Of a stretch of DNA of 64,000 nt, positions 9,781 through 18,572 are shown piece by piece (within the stretch, counting starts at the first letter, position 1; each line of letters begins with the position of its first letter). The stretch spans positions 81,692-145,691 of the forward strand of contig JBAZUP010000001.1 in NCBI GenBank assembly GCA_041661385.1, given 5' to 3'. The position numbers were made by a program, and so were the translations under genes. The notes beneath the pieces were generated by a model. The model was not told the origin of the DNA, did no database searches, and saw only the letters and a program-made list of their open reading frames with translations. The stretch is from Patescibacteria group bacterium (lineage in GTDB: Bacteria; Patescibacteriota; Patescibacteriia; Magasanikbacterales; GWA2-37-8).

Positions 9781-10212
9781 ATGTTTATCGGGGAATATTC
9801 GCACAATCTGGATGACAAAGGACGCCTCGCAATACCGGCGAAATTTCGCAATCAGGTAAAAAAAGGCGCAGTCGTAACCAGAGGCCTCGATAATTGTTTG
9901 TTCCTTTACACAAAATCTGAATGGGAAAAATTGGCAGAAAAACTTGCCACACTTCCGATCAGTCAATCAAATAGCCGGGCATTTTCTCGCTTGATGCTCG
10001 CCGGTGCCATGGATGTAGAGGTGGATAAACAAGGCCGGATAATTTTACCCGAATATCTACGACGCTTTGCAGGGTTAAAAAAAGAAGTAGTCCTGGCTGG
10101 TTTGTATAGCCGCATTGAAATTTGGGATGCAGGAGAGTGGAATGTTTACAAGAGCCAGACCGAAAAGGAAAGCGGTAATATTGCCGAGCGGATGGCGGAA
10201 TTAGGAATTTAA
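9781..10212 (+). CDS. mraZ: transcriptional regulator MraZ
   Basis: MFIGEYSHNLDDKGRLAIPAKFR N-terminus, duplicated MraZ fold length. Confidence 0.9.
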   Translation: MFIGEYSHNLDDKGRLAIPAKFRNQVKKGAVVTRGLDNCLFLYTKSEWEKLAEKLATLPISQSNSRAFSRLMLAGAMDVEVDKQGRIILPEYLRRFAGLKKEVVLAGLYSRIEIWDAGEWNVYKSQTEKESGNIAERMAELGI

Positions 10213-10213
10213 T

Positions 10214-11122
10214 ATGACTCGCCACATACCAGTCTTAATGAGCGAAGCAATTGATTCGCTTCAGTTAAAGCCAAACTTGAATATTATTGATTGCACGCTT
10301 GGAGACGGCGGACACAGCGAAGCGATTTTGGAAAAAACTAGTCCAAATGGAAAACTTCTCGGAATTGATGCGGATCCGGAATCAATGCTAAGAGCAAAAC
10401 AATTTTTATATCGATTCGGACAAAGAGCGGTTTTTTCAAGAAATAACTTTGAAAATTTAAAACAAATAATTTCCGAAAGTAATTTTAAACCAATTCACGG
10501 AATTTTGCTCGATCTAGGCTGGTCAACACCGCAGTTCGAAGAGCGCGGACGGGGATTCAGCTTTGTAGGCGATGAACCGCTAGATATGCGCTATGGCGGT
10601 ACCAATGAAAAAGGAATTACTGCCGCGGAAATAGTAAATGAATATCAGTTGGCAGATTTAATAAAAATATTTAAGCAATACGGGGAAGAAAAATTATCAG
10701 AACTAATCGCAAAGCAAATAGTCGAGTACAGAAAAAATAATAAAATTGAAACGACCGGACAGTTAACAGAAATAATATTAGCGGTTTATCGAAAGGTTTT
10801 AAAAAGTGAAAAAGAGGTACCTTGGATCGGCGGACTTCATCCCTCGACTAAAATATTTCAAGCGCTTCGCATCGAAACAAATCACGAATTAGAGGCGCTC
10901 CGAAATGTTTTACCGGCGGCAATGGACGCGCTTGAACCGGGTGGAAGATTGGTAGTAATTACCTTCCATTCATTAGAGGACAGGATCGTAAAGCATTTTT
11001 TTCAAAGCAAAGGCGATAAATTAAAAATAATAACAAAAAAACCAATTATTGCGGGCGTTTCTGAAGTAGAGGTAAACACGAAAGCGAGGAGCGCAAAGCT
11101 CAGAGTTGCTGAAAAATTATAA
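10214..11122 (+). CDS. rsmH: 16S rRNA (cytosine1402-N4)-methyltransferase RsmH
   Basis: SAM-binding DCTLGDGGHS motif, position after mraZ. Confidence 0.9.
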   Translation: MTRHIPVLMSEAIDSLQLKPNLNIIDCTLGDGGHSEAILEKTSPNGKLLGIDADPESMLRAKQFLYRFGQRAVFSRNNFENLKQIISESNFKPIHGILLDLGWSTPQFEERGRGFSFVGDEPLDMRYGGTNEKGITAAEIVNEYQLADLIKIFKQYGEEKLSELIAKQIVEYRKNNKIETTGQLTEIILAVYRKVLKSEKEVPWIGGLHPSTKIFQALRIETNHELEALRNVLPAAMDALEPGGRLVVITFHSLEDRIVKHFFQSKGDKLKIITKKPIIAGVSEVEVNTKARSAKLRVAEKL

Positions 11123-11147
11123 AAATAATATTTTTAACAAGGAGTGT

Positions 11148-11501
11148 ATGTCATTATATTCGAGGGTGCAGTATCAGTCCGGACACAGTTCCGCATTACA
11201 AACAAAATTTCCTGCCATCTTGGTGGGGGCGGCAACCCGAACTGTGCTGGTGGTATCGTTAATAATCTTGATAGTAGGGTATATTTTTCAAGTCAGCAGT
11301 CTCACAACCGGTGGTTACGAAATTGCAAAATTGCAAGAACAAACTGCACAGCTTAGCAGTGAAAATGAAAAATTACGCTCCGAGATAGCTTCTTATCAAT
11401 CAATGAGCAGTGTTGAAAAACGTCTGGAAACGCTAGGTATGGTTAAGGCAAACAATGTCCAGTATATTGATTTAAACGATTCGATTGTTGCTAAGCGATA
11501 A
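11148..11501 (+). CDS. ftsL: FtsL/DivIC-like cell division protein
   Basis: position after rsmH; single TM followed by coiled coil (LQEQTAQLSSENEKLRSEIASYQS); AAGGAG SD before ATG at 11148. Confidence 0.45.
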   Translation: MSLYSRVQYQSGHSSALQTKFPAILVGAATRTVLVVSLIILIVGYIFQVSSLTTGGYEIAKLQEQTAQLSSENEKLRSEIASYQSMSSVEKRLETLGMVKANNVQYIDLNDSIVAKR

Positions 11502-11514
11502 TAACTGAAATTTA

Positions 11515-11547
11515 ATCTCGCCAAGAGCACTTGGCGAGATTTTTTTA
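11515..11547 (+). terminator. intrinsic terminator
   Basis: atctcgccaag..cttggcgagat hairpin plus T7. Confidence 0.6.
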
Positions 11548-11599
11548 CGTCTATTTTTTGGATGGCTTCTTTATGGTATAATATAGCCATAAAATCTTT

Positions 11600-11959
11600 A
11601 TGTACGCACTTGCATTTCAACGAGTAATAATGGAAGCAATTCTTGATTTTTTTTATTTTCCAATTTGGTGGTATACCTTTGGGATGGTTCGGGCTGCTAA
11701 ATGGTGCTCTTTTGTCTTAAATGACGGTAATGATTTATTGGCACCCGGTATTTGGATCCGAAATATTTTCGTGCCGATGTTTGGCCAGTACGATTGGCAA
11801 GGTCGCATTATCAGTTTTTTTATGCGATTAATTCAAATTGTTTTTCGCAGCGCCGCATTATTAGGTTGGTTAGTTGTTTGTGTTTTTTTATTTATCGGTT
11901 ACCTTCTTATTCCGCCTGTTATTATATACGGATTTCTGAATAGTATAAATATAATCTGA
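11600..11959 (+). CDS. hypothetical small membrane protein
   Basis: hydrophobic 119-aa ORF upstream of clp-like gene; no motif. Confidence 0.3.
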   Translation: MYALAFQRVIMEAILDFFYFPIWWYTFGMVRAAKWCSFVLNDGNDLLAPGIWIRNIFVPMFGQYDWQGRIISFFMRLIQIVFRSAALLGWLVVCVFLFIGYLLIPPVIIYGFLNSINII

Positions 11960-11961
11960 TT

Positions 11962-14709
11962 ATGGATTTAGAGAAAGAAGAAAAACCAGTAGTATTATTT
12001 TGCCAGTTTTGCCGCGGTTCTGGTAAAGCCAAAAATGGCGCCTGCAAGAACTGCCGCAGTCTTGGAGCTGCCTCATTCAGTCATGGGCATGTTTTGTTTT
12101 GGCGCAGTTCACTTACTCGATATAACCTTATTTTAAATAAAACGAGGAGAGTTTTTAATGCGATTAGATTTGTATTGTTTTTATCGGCAGGATTAGTTTC
12201 TTGGTTATGGTCTTTTTATCACTATTATCTCGACAGTCAGTTTGCCGGATTAAGCATAAATTTTAATAATGCTTCTTCAATTACCAAAATGTTTTTTTGG
12301 GCTGGCTGCTTCTTTTTTCTCTATGCTATGTACCGCATGACGGTACAGCAACGAAAAATCGTTCCAGTCGAGCAATATAATTACGAAAAAGAGTTAAGAA
12401 ACAAACAAACAATTAATTCCTGGGAGGAAATGATAAAATTTCGCCGTCGTGATCGAATAAATATTTCCGGATCATTTACTGAAGAAGCTTTATCAATTAT
12501 TGACCGCGCGTATGAGCTGGCCGATCGGCGTTCAGCGGAATATTTAAAACCGGTTCATTTGTTCGTTGCGCTGCTTGGTTCCGTTCGCATTGGGAATACT
12601 TTTATTCGTCTTGGTATCGGACCAAAATCATTGATTGATGAAATGGGTAAGCTCGGACTGGTTGAAAAAGAAGGAAAGCGGAAACGAACACCGCCGGCGT
12701 TGGGAGAGGATATATATCAGATTTTTTTTGATGCTTACGAAACGGCTTTTTATTTACATCAAAATTATGTCAGCGTGACCGAGCTTTTGGTCGCGACTGT
12801 TGCGCATTCGAAGCAACTCGAAGAAATATTATTTGATCTTGGGATTGATAACCAAAAATTAAAAAATGTAGTTGCATGGGCGCGTATCAAGGAGAAATTA
12901 TCTAGAGAATCTTCAAATTTATTTCGTGCCGGTCGCCATCGCTCCACCAAGGGTATGGATCGCGCCATGACAGCCGTTGCTACGCCGTTTTTAAATCGTC
13001 TTAGCGAAGACGTGACGCTTCGCGCTCAGCTTGGTCGCACGGAAGCCTGTGTTGCAAGAGAAAAAGAAATTCAGGAAATTTTTCAAATAATCGAAGGTGG
13101 CCAAAATAATGTTCTTTTGGTTGGGGATTATGGAGTAGGTCGTCGTACAATCGTTGAGGGTATTGCGGAGAGGATGATTGAAGGCGATGTGCCCGATCGT
13201 TTATTTGATAAGCGGCTTATTCAGCTTCATTTGTCATCGCTTCTTTCTGGTACTTCGCCGTCCGGCGCCATTGAGCGCCTCGTGATGGTTTTTAATGAAA
13301 TTTCTCGCGCCGGCAATGTTATTTTATTTCTTCATAATTTGCACGAATTATTAGGCGTGTCGGCCGGAACAGGGGATGAAAGTTTAGATGTTGCGAGCAC
13401 TCTTTCCGAAGTGCTTTCGCATGGTTCAATTTTAGTTTTGGCTTCAACTACCACCGAAGCCTATGCTCAGCAAATTAATAATTCTAAACTCAGTTCAATA
13501 TTTACCAAGGTTGAGATTAAAGAAACAGATGTTAATCAAGCGATTGAAGTTTTGGAATCTAAAGTCGGATATATCGAATATAAAGAAAATGTCTTTTTTT
13601 CTTATGACGCGATTGCGAAGTCGGTTGAGTATGCTAGAAGATACTTGCGTGACGCACCGTTGCCGGGTAGCGCGGTAGAAATTATTACCGAGGCTGCCGT
13701 TCACACTCATGCCAAAAAAGGAGCCAATGCTTTGGTGACTGGTGAAGAGGTTGGGGCGGTGGTAGTAGAAAAAACTCATATACCGCTTACCGCCATTTCC
13801 GAAGATGAGGGGTCTAAACTGCTTCAATTAGAACAAGAGATGCATCGCAGGGTAGTTGGTCAAGATGAGGCGGTAAAGCTTGTTGCGAGCGCTTTGCGTC
13901 GCGCTAGGGCAGAGATTCGTTCGCAATCTCGACCGATTGCCAATTTCCTATTTTTAGGACCAACCGGGGTCGGTAAAACAGAATTAGCCAAAACAATCGC
14001 CGATGTATATTTTGGTGGTGAAAATCGGATGATTCGGCTTGATATGAGTGAATATCAAGATAAATCCAGTATTTATCGTTTGATTGGACAGGCCGGTTCT
14101 AAAGGAAGCGGTATCCTTACTGAGGCCATTCGTCGCCAACCTTTTGGTCTTTTATTGCTTGATGAAGTTGAAAAAGCCGATCGGGATGTTTTAAACTTAT
14201 TTTTGCAGGTTATGGACGACGGGCGACTTACCGATAGTACCGGTCGAGTTGTAGATTTTACAAATGTTATTATTATTGCGACTTCAAATGCCGGCACCTC
14301 ATATGTTCAAAGCGAAATTTCAGCCGGTACGCCATCATCAAAAATTAAGGATAATTTATTGCACGGTGGGTTAAAAGAATATTTTAGACCGGAATTTTTA
14401 AATCGTTTCGATGGGATCGTTTTATTTGATCCGATCTCCGAGGAGGCGATTAAAAAAATTACTGTTCTTATGCTGCGGCGCATTACGAGTGATCTTGAGA
14501 AAAAAGGAATCCACCTTGAGATTACAAATGAAGCGGTGGAATATTTTTCTAAACTTGGTTTCGATCCGCAGTTTGGAGCCCGTCCACTACGACGAGTATT
14601 GCAAGAAAAAGTAGAAAATGAATTGGCAGAACTTTTGCTTTCCGGTAAACTAAAGCGTCGCGCTACTGTGGTAATTGGCGAAGGAGGGGAATTAACGGTA
14701 AATAATTAG
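11962..14709 (+). CDS. ClpC/ClpA-like double-AAA+ ATPase with N-terminal zinc ribbon and TM segments; D1 Walker motifs degenerate
   Basis: N-term CxxC..CxxC then hydrophobic helices, two Clp_N repeats, D1 GDYGVGRRT (K->R) and ILFLHNLH (DE->HN), intact D2 GPTGVGKT and LLLLDEVEKA, no long M-domain. Confidence 0.8.
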   Translation: MDLEKEEKPVVLFCQFCRGSGKAKNGACKNCRSLGAASFSHGHVLFWRSSLTRYNLILNKTRRVFNAIRFVLFLSAGLVSWLWSFYHYYLDSQFAGLSINFNNASSITKMFFWAGCFFFLYAMYRMTVQQRKIVPVEQYNYEKELRNKQTINSWEEMIKFRRRDRINISGSFTEEALSIIDRAYELADRRSAEYLKPVHLFVALLGSVRIGNTFIRLGIGPKSLIDEMGKLGLVEKEGKRKRTPPALGEDIYQIFFDAYETAFYLHQNYVSVTELLVATVAHSKQLEEILFDLGIDNQKLKNVVAWARIKEKLSRESSNLFRAGRHRSTKGMDRAMTAVATPFLNRLSEDVTLRAQLGRTEACVAREKEIQEIFQIIEGGQNNVLLVGDYGVGRRTIVEGIAERMIEGDVPDRLFDKRLIQLHLSSLLSGTSPSGAIERLVMVFNEISRAGNVILFLHNLHELLGVSAGTGDESLDVASTLSEVLSHGSILVLASTTTEAYAQQINNSKLSSIFTKVEIKETDVNQAIEVLESKVGYIEYKENVFFSYDAIAKSVEYARRYLRDAPLPGSAVEIITEAAVHTHAKKGANALVTGEEVGAVVVEKTHIPLTAISEDEGSKLLQLEQEMHRRVVGQDEAVKLVASALRRARAEIRSQSRPIANFLFLGPTGVGKTELAKTIADVYFGGENRMIRLDMSEYQDKSSIYRLIGQAGSKGSGILTEAIRRQPFGLLLLDEVEKADRDVLNLFLQVMDDGRLTDSTGRVVDFTNVIIIATSNAGTSYVQSEISAGTPSSKIKDNLLHGGLKEYFRPEFLNRFDGIVLFDPISEEAIKKITVLMLRRITSDLEKKGIHLEITNEAVEYFSKLGFDPQFGARPLRRVLQEKVENELAELLLSGKLKRRATVVIGEGGELTVNN

Positions 14710-14711
14710 TT

Positions 14712-15737
14712 ATGTATTTAGCTGTTGTTTTTGGGTTTTTCAGCTCAATTTTTTTCACTTTATTAGTAAGAAGGTTCGCCGAAAAGAATTTGGTATTGGA
14801 TCACCCCGATCAAACTCGAAAATTTCATCATAAAAATATTCCTCTTCTTGGCGGAGTGGCCTTGTTCATATCTTTTTGGCTGCCGGTTGGGTATATTCTT
14901 TTTTTTAATCCGGTTTTTGGTATAGAATTAATAAAAAATAAATTGCTGGCTGCTTTTTTTGGCAGCTTTATCTTAATTTTAATCGGTATCGCAGATGATA
15001 TAAAAGGACTGTCCGCGCGTTTCCGATTAGTTGCTACCGCGGGGGCAATTGCTCTAACCGTTTATTTGGGTATTGGTTTACCGAAAATTACTAATCCGCT
15101 TGGCGGCGTTATATATTTATCTGAATTATTTGGCGGAGTATTGGTTTTTATTTGGCTGCTCGGCATGACTTACACCACCAAAATTACCGACGGGTTAGAC
15201 GGCTTAGCTACCGGCATTGTTGCGATTGGCAGTTTTATGCTGTTTTTGTTGTCGAGTTTGACAAAATATTATCAGCCGAACGTCGCCTGGCTTTGTCTTG
15301 TTTTTTTTGGAGTTTGTCTTGGTTTTTTAATTTTTAATTTTCATCCGGCCAGTATATTCTTAGGTGAAAGCGGTAGTTTGTTTATTGGATTTTTACTTGG
15401 AGTTCTCGCAGTAATTTCCGGCGGAAAAGTGGCGATTGCGTTACTTGCAGTCGCAATTCCAGTTCTTGATTTAGCCCGCGTTATAATTATTCGCTGGCGC
15501 GAGGGTGTTCCGATTTTTAGCGGTGACCGCAGGCATTTGCATTTTCTACTCGTTGATTTAGGAATATCACCCGTTATTGTTACTCTTAGTTATTATCTGG
15601 TAGCGATTTCGTTTGGTTTTTTAGCGCTATATTTGTCTAGTTTTCCAAAAATTATAATATTATTTTTATTGATTTTGGTGATGGTGTTTCTAAATCAGAT
15701 TCTGCCGGAAAAAAATATTTATGATCACAAAAAATAA
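14712..15737 (+). CDS. polyprenyl-phosphate HexNAc-1-phosphate transferase (WecA/TagO-like, MraY-family GT4)
   Basis: DDxxD (GIADDIKG), TDGLDGLATG, PLLGGVALF and DRRHLHF motifs resembling WecA more than MraY. Confidence 0.7.
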   Translation: MYLAVVFGFFSSIFFTLLVRRFAEKNLVLDHPDQTRKFHHKNIPLLGGVALFISFWLPVGYILFFNPVFGIELIKNKLLAAFFGSFILILIGIADDIKGLSARFRLVATAGAIALTVYLGIGLPKITNPLGGVIYLSELFGGVLVFIWLLGMTYTTKITDGLDGLATGIVAIGSFMLFLLSSLTKYYQPNVAWLCLVFFGVCLGFLIFNFHPASIFLGESGSLFIGFLLGVLAVISGGKVAIALLAVAIPVLDLARVIIIRWREGVPIFSGDRRHLHFLLVDLGISPVIVTLSYYLVAISFGFLALYLSSFPKIIILFLLILVMVFLNQILPEKNIYDHKK

Positions 15738-16209
15738 GGTCGCACTGGGTTTTTTAAGTTTTATCGTTTTGCTTTCTTTAGCGATTAGAGCGGTAAATTT
15801 TTTTGCACCGCCAGAACCCGGATATATAAATTTTAGAGGCCATGTTTATCCAGTTTTAGTTCCGCTTACGAATGAACAAAAGTTTACCGGGCTTAGCGGG
15901 CGAAAGGATTTGGGCAAGTATTTTGGCATGTATTTTGCTTTTGAAAAGCAGGGTGTTTATACGATGGTGATGAGAGACATGCTCATACCGCTCGATATGG
16001 TGTGGTTAAGTGATAATAAGATTGTTGAAATTAAGCCTGATTTACAACCTGAACCAGGCAAGCTCGAGGATCAGCTAACCAGGTATTTTAATGCGGCAAA
16101 TTTGGCCGATGCGGTAATAGAGCTTCCGGCGGGTACAGCCAAATTCTGGGGTATGAAACCGGGTGAATCTATGATTTTTTGCCTGGATGAAAAGACCTGT
16201 CGAAGATAG
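15721..16209 (+). CDS. DUF192 domain protein
   Basis: N-terminal TM then YFAFEKQGVYTMVMRDMLIPLDMVWL core resembling COG1430/DUF192. Confidence 0.55.
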   Translation: MITKNKVALGFLSFIVLLSLAIRAVNFFAPPEPGYINFRGHVYPVLVPLTNEQKFTGLSGRKDLGKYFGMYFAFEKQGVYTMVMRDMLIPLDMVWLSDNKIVEIKPDLQPEPGKLEDQLTRYFNAANLADAVIELPAGTAKFWGMKPGESMIFCLDEKTCRR

Positions 16210-16215
16210 GCGGGC

Positions 16216-16244
16216 TTGACTTTTCTGGTATTATTCGCTATACT
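16216..16244 (+). promoter_or_regulatory. sigma70-type promoter TTGACT-17-TATACT upstream of rplU
   Basis: consensus hexamers with 17-nt spacer ~75 nt upstream of rplU start. Confidence 0.5.
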
Positions 16245-16319
16245 GTTCTTACTTTATTAAATTTAGCCCTACCTGTACCGATACAACAGGAATTTGGGGA
16301 AAAGTAGTTAACTAATATT

Positions 16320-16625
16320 ATGCTCGCAGTAATTGCAACTGGTGGCAAGCAGTACGTCGTTAAAAGCGGCGATGTTTTAAAAATTGAAAAAATTCTTGGT
16401 GAAGAAGGTTCAAAAATTTCCTTTGATCGCGTTTTACTTTCAGCCGATGAAAACGGTGAAAATGTAAAAATTGGCAACCCGACCGTTGCGGGATTAAAAG
16501 TGCCAGCCGTGATTTTGAAGCAAGGTAAACACCGAACTGTTAGAGTTGAAAAGTTCAAACGCAAGGTTCGTTACCACAAAGTACATGGTCAACGCCAACG
16601 CTTCACTGAAGTAAAAATCTCATAA
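16320..16625 (+). CDS. rplU: 50S ribosomal protein L21
   Basis: MLAVIATGGKQYVVKSGDVLKIEKI N-terminus characteristic of L21. Confidence 0.9.
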   Translation: MLAVIATGGKQYVVKSGDVLKIEKILGEEGSKISFDRVLLSADENGENVKIGNPTVAGLKVPAVILKQGKHRTVRVEKFKRKVRYHKVHGQRQRFTEVKIS

Positions 16626-16632
16626 ATAAACA

Positions 16633-16658
16633 ACCCGCCTTTAACTGGCGGGTTTTTT
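16633..16658 (+). terminator. intrinsic terminator after rplU
   Basis: cccgcc..ggcggg hairpin plus T6. Confidence 0.6.
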
Positions 16659-16688
16659 AATATTCTTAGCTAAGATTAGCAAAAACAG

Positions 16689-16717
16689 TTGACTGGTTTG
16701 CTGTTTTATGCTACAAT
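16689..16717 (+). promoter_or_regulatory. sigma70-type promoter TTGACT-17-TACAAT with ~108-nt structured leader
   Basis: consensus hexamers; leader hairpin agaacgaag..cctcgttct; strong AAAAGGAGAAG SD before 16826 ATG. Confidence 0.5.
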
Positions 16718-16825
16718 CTTTTGTTCCAATAGAACGAAGCGCAAACCGTTGTACCTCGTTCTATCGAAGCAAAAAGTTTCGATAATAACGCGGAACATAT
16801 CCGCCAACTCCAAAAGGAGAAGTAA

Positions 16826-17488
16826 ATGGCAAATATTATTTTTGCGATTCTGCGAGCCGCAGTTTACTCCTCGCTCATCATAGCTGTCATTTTCTCGGTG
16901 CACTTTTTGGTGACCCGGGCGAGGCGGGCGAGGCGAAACGGTTCTGGCATTTTCAGCAGTTTGCTGTTTGGATTCCTAAGGCTAGTTGGCGTATTTGTCC
17001 TAGTCATCGCGATATTCGGATTGCCCATCATAGCAGTGCTATATGTGTATCCGAAAATTGTTAACGCGAGGATTATGGAAAATAAGGCCCCAAACACGGA
17101 CATGATTGTCGAGGCGTCGGTGAAAGTTCCCGATATTCCTGAACCTGGTAATTCGGAGGTGATAATACCTCCAAAAAAGACAGTAAAAAGGATTGCCAAG
17201 TTTGAGGTAAGAGTGCGCGAAGGCATGACGGTAAAATTCGTTAAGAATGATGGTACCCCAACCGGTTCCATTCTCCGTCACCTTGGTGATAACACCAAAA
17301 CCATGCTCGCTCTTCCGGTTGAGCCAGAATCAGTCGCCATCATCTTCCCGATTCGGGCAGAAACAGATTGTTCATTCGAAACGAAGCAAACTCAAGGCGA
17401 GTATATTGCTTGTCAGCGAGTCGGCTCGTTCAAAGTCGAAAATGAAGTTCTAGGCATTGGCTATGCCACTTTCGACGCAGTAAAGTAA
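16826..17488 (+). CDS. hypothetical membrane-anchored protein (GC-richer, strong SD)
   Basis: two N-terminal hydrophobic helices then soluble domain; followed by structured element copy B. Confidence 0.45.
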   Translation: MANIIFAILRAAVYSSLIIAVIFSVHFLVTRARRARRNGSGIFSSLLFGFLRLVGVFVLVIAIFGLPIIAVLYVYPKIVNARIMENKAPNTDMIVEASVKVPDIPEPGNSEVIIPPKKTVKRIAKFEVRVREGMTVKFVKNDGTPTGSILRHLGDNTKTMLALPVEPESVAIIFPIRAETDCSFETKQTQGEYIACQRVGSFKVENEVLGIGYATFDAVK

Positions 17489-17496
17489 GTCACCGC

Positions 17497-17628
17497 CGTA
17501 GAAATACGGATAGGTGGCAGGGTTGAGCTCGCCGCCACCTACCGTTTTGTCCGCAAGTATTTGCGCATAGAACGGTGGCGAGCTCTATAATTTAAAAACC
17601 TCCGTTAATATTCGGAGGTTTTTATTTT
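17497..17628 (+). ncRNA. conserved structured 3' RNA element, copy B
   Basis: aligns with 1911..2036 including accgttttgt and aacggtRgcgagct cores and terminal hairpin plus U-run. Confidence 0.45.
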
Positions 17629-18242
17629 GAAGTGCGATTGTTGATTGCGCTACCGAGAGTGATTTCATCGGCGTATCTGAGGTCAGCGCCGAGTGGTAGG
17701 CCGCGCGCAAGTCTGGTAATTTTTATTTTAGGCTGCATTTTTTTTATTTCTTTTTCAAGATACATCATCGTGGTTTCACCAGGTAAATCCGGGTTTAGAG
17801 CTAGAATTATTTCTTTAATTGGTATTTTTTTATTGAAACCAGTTTTGCCGTTTATTCGGTCAAATAATTCACTGGCTTTTAATCTGGTCAGGCTTTCTTC
17901 ATCACCAGCATCAAGTAGCTCGCGTAAACAGTGGTAGACGCCCTTAAAAATGCCGGTTTGTTCTACGACTAATAAATCTTGCGATTCAGTCACTACGCAA
18001 ACCGTCGAACGATCACGTTTTAAATCCGAACAAATTGGGCAAGGGCTTTGATCGCTAAAATCCCAGCAGATCTCACAGCTTTTAATTTTATCAATCAAAT
18101 CTTTTAAGGATAGTATGAGTTCTGTTACTTCTTTTTTTCCGGATTTAAGCCAATGAAAAACATACCGTTCGGCTGTTCTCTCTCCAACCGACGGTAACTT
18201 CTTCAGAGCCAAAATTAATTTGTTTATCGAAGAGGAATACAT
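17622..18242 (-). CDS. recR: recombination protein RecR
   Basis: C4 zinc finger CEICWDFSDQSPCPIC, Toprim region. Confidence 0.9.
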   Translation of the reverse strand: MYSSSINKLILALKKLPSVGERTAERYVFHWLKSGKKEVTELILSLKDLIDKIKSCEICWDFSDQSPCPICSDLKRDRSTVCVVTESQDLLVVEQTGIFKGVYHCLRELLDAGDEESLTRLKASELFDRINGKTGFNKKIPIKEIILALNPDLPGETTMMYLEKEIKKMQPKIKITRLARGLPLGADLRYADEITLGSAINNRTSK

Positions 18243-18244
18243 GT

Positions 18245-18556
18245 TTATGATTGTGTGCCGCCCATACCAGGGAAGCCGCCCATTTCCTGCATTTTTCCGG
18301 CGATAATCCGTTGGATTTTTTTAAGCGCTTCAGAATGAGCGTCTTTAATAGCAGTTTCAAGAGTAACTTTTTTTTGCGGAGTCAAAAGTTCCGGGTCAAT
18401 TGTTAGGCCGGAGATTTGCATATTTCCGTCCATAATCAAAACAACTTTATCGCCAAGTCCTCGCACTGTAACGCTTTCACCCGAGAGAGCGCCTTGAAGT
18501 TTTTTTCCCTGTTCACGTAAATCCTTGAACTGTTTTAACTTTGTTAACATTGACAT
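18245..18556 (-). CDS. ybaB: nucleoid-associated protein YbaB/EbfC
   Basis: 103 aa, MSMLTKLKQFKDLREQGKKLQ N-terminus, recR neighbour. Confidence 0.85.
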   Translation of the reverse strand: MSMLTKLKQFKDLREQGKKLQGALSGESVTVRGLGDKVVLIMDGNMQISGLTIDPELLTPQKKVTLETAIKDAHSEALKKIQRIIAGKMQEMGGFPGMGGTQS

Positions 18557-18572
18557 AATGAATTAATTATTA

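Noticed and set aside
9652-9966. 104-aa minus-strand ORF across the mraZ promoter and 5' end
   Set aside because: Antisense to well-supported mraZ and its operator region; likely spurious.
16245-16319. rplU leader as a known ribosomal-protein leader motif
   Set aside because: Could not match by eye to a specific Rfam L21 leader structure; needs cmsearch.
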